NCBI RefSeq assembly: GCF_004010195.1
Contig: NC_057755.1
Location: forward strand, 1,725,306 to 1,789,305
Length of the DNA: 64,000 nt
Reading direction: 5' to 3'
DNA from: Chiloscyllium plagiosum
Taxonomy: Eukaryota
Position 1 is the first letter of the stretch; every line of letters starts with the position of its first letter. The translations under genes were made by a program, and so were the position numbers. The notes below the pieces were generated by a model. The model saw nothing but the letters and a program-made list of their open reading frames with translations, had not been told where the DNA came from and searched no databases. This document shows, one piece after another, positions 63,825-64,000 of the stretch.

Positions 63825-64000
63825 TCTCAAAGGAAAAAGAGACGAGCAGGAGGTCATTGTGTACATTGGAACTAACGACATATGAAGTGAAAACGATGAG
63901 ATTCTGAAGGGAAAACATCGAAATTTAGGCCGGAATTTAAGAAGGAGGTCCTCGAGGATAATAATATCTGGATTACTACCGTTGCTACGAGCTGGTGGGC
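63825..64000 (+). mobile_element. CR1 ORF1 esterase fragment running off window end
   Basis: EVIVYIGTNDI...NLGRNLRRRSSRIIISGLLP. Confidence 0.8.

Noticed and set aside
63387..63875. 162-aa ORF as a host gene
   Set aside because: No recognisable motifs, and it runs out of frame into a CR1 ORF1 fragment.

Overview
Repeat-dense (mostly transposon-derived) vertebrate genomic DNA. The V-SINE/HE1-type SINEs, CR1 LINEs and Penelope-like elements point to a cartilaginous fish, probably a shark (inference). The host content is a birth-and-death cluster of four two-exon, short-N-terminus class A GPCR genes of the GPR139/GPR142-like type. Two are intact on the minus strand: exons 31052-30986 + 29548-28647 (322 aa) and 52761-52692 + 52083-51182 (323 aa). 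Their first exons are not called as genes by the ORF track and were reconstructed from splice sites. Two are pseudogenes: one on + (exon 1 at 13926-13989, C-terminal remnant at about 18367-18854) and one cryptic copy on - (about 37289-38420) split by a Penelope insertion. The rest consists of two decayed Gmr1-like Gypsy elements (integrase before RT), solo LTRs, many CR1 copies of different ages, SINEs, and Penelope-like elements carrying minimal hammerhead-ribozyme motifs and fold-back derivatives. An inverted duplication lies between the convergent GPCR copies. Repeat boundaries are approximate and were read by eye.
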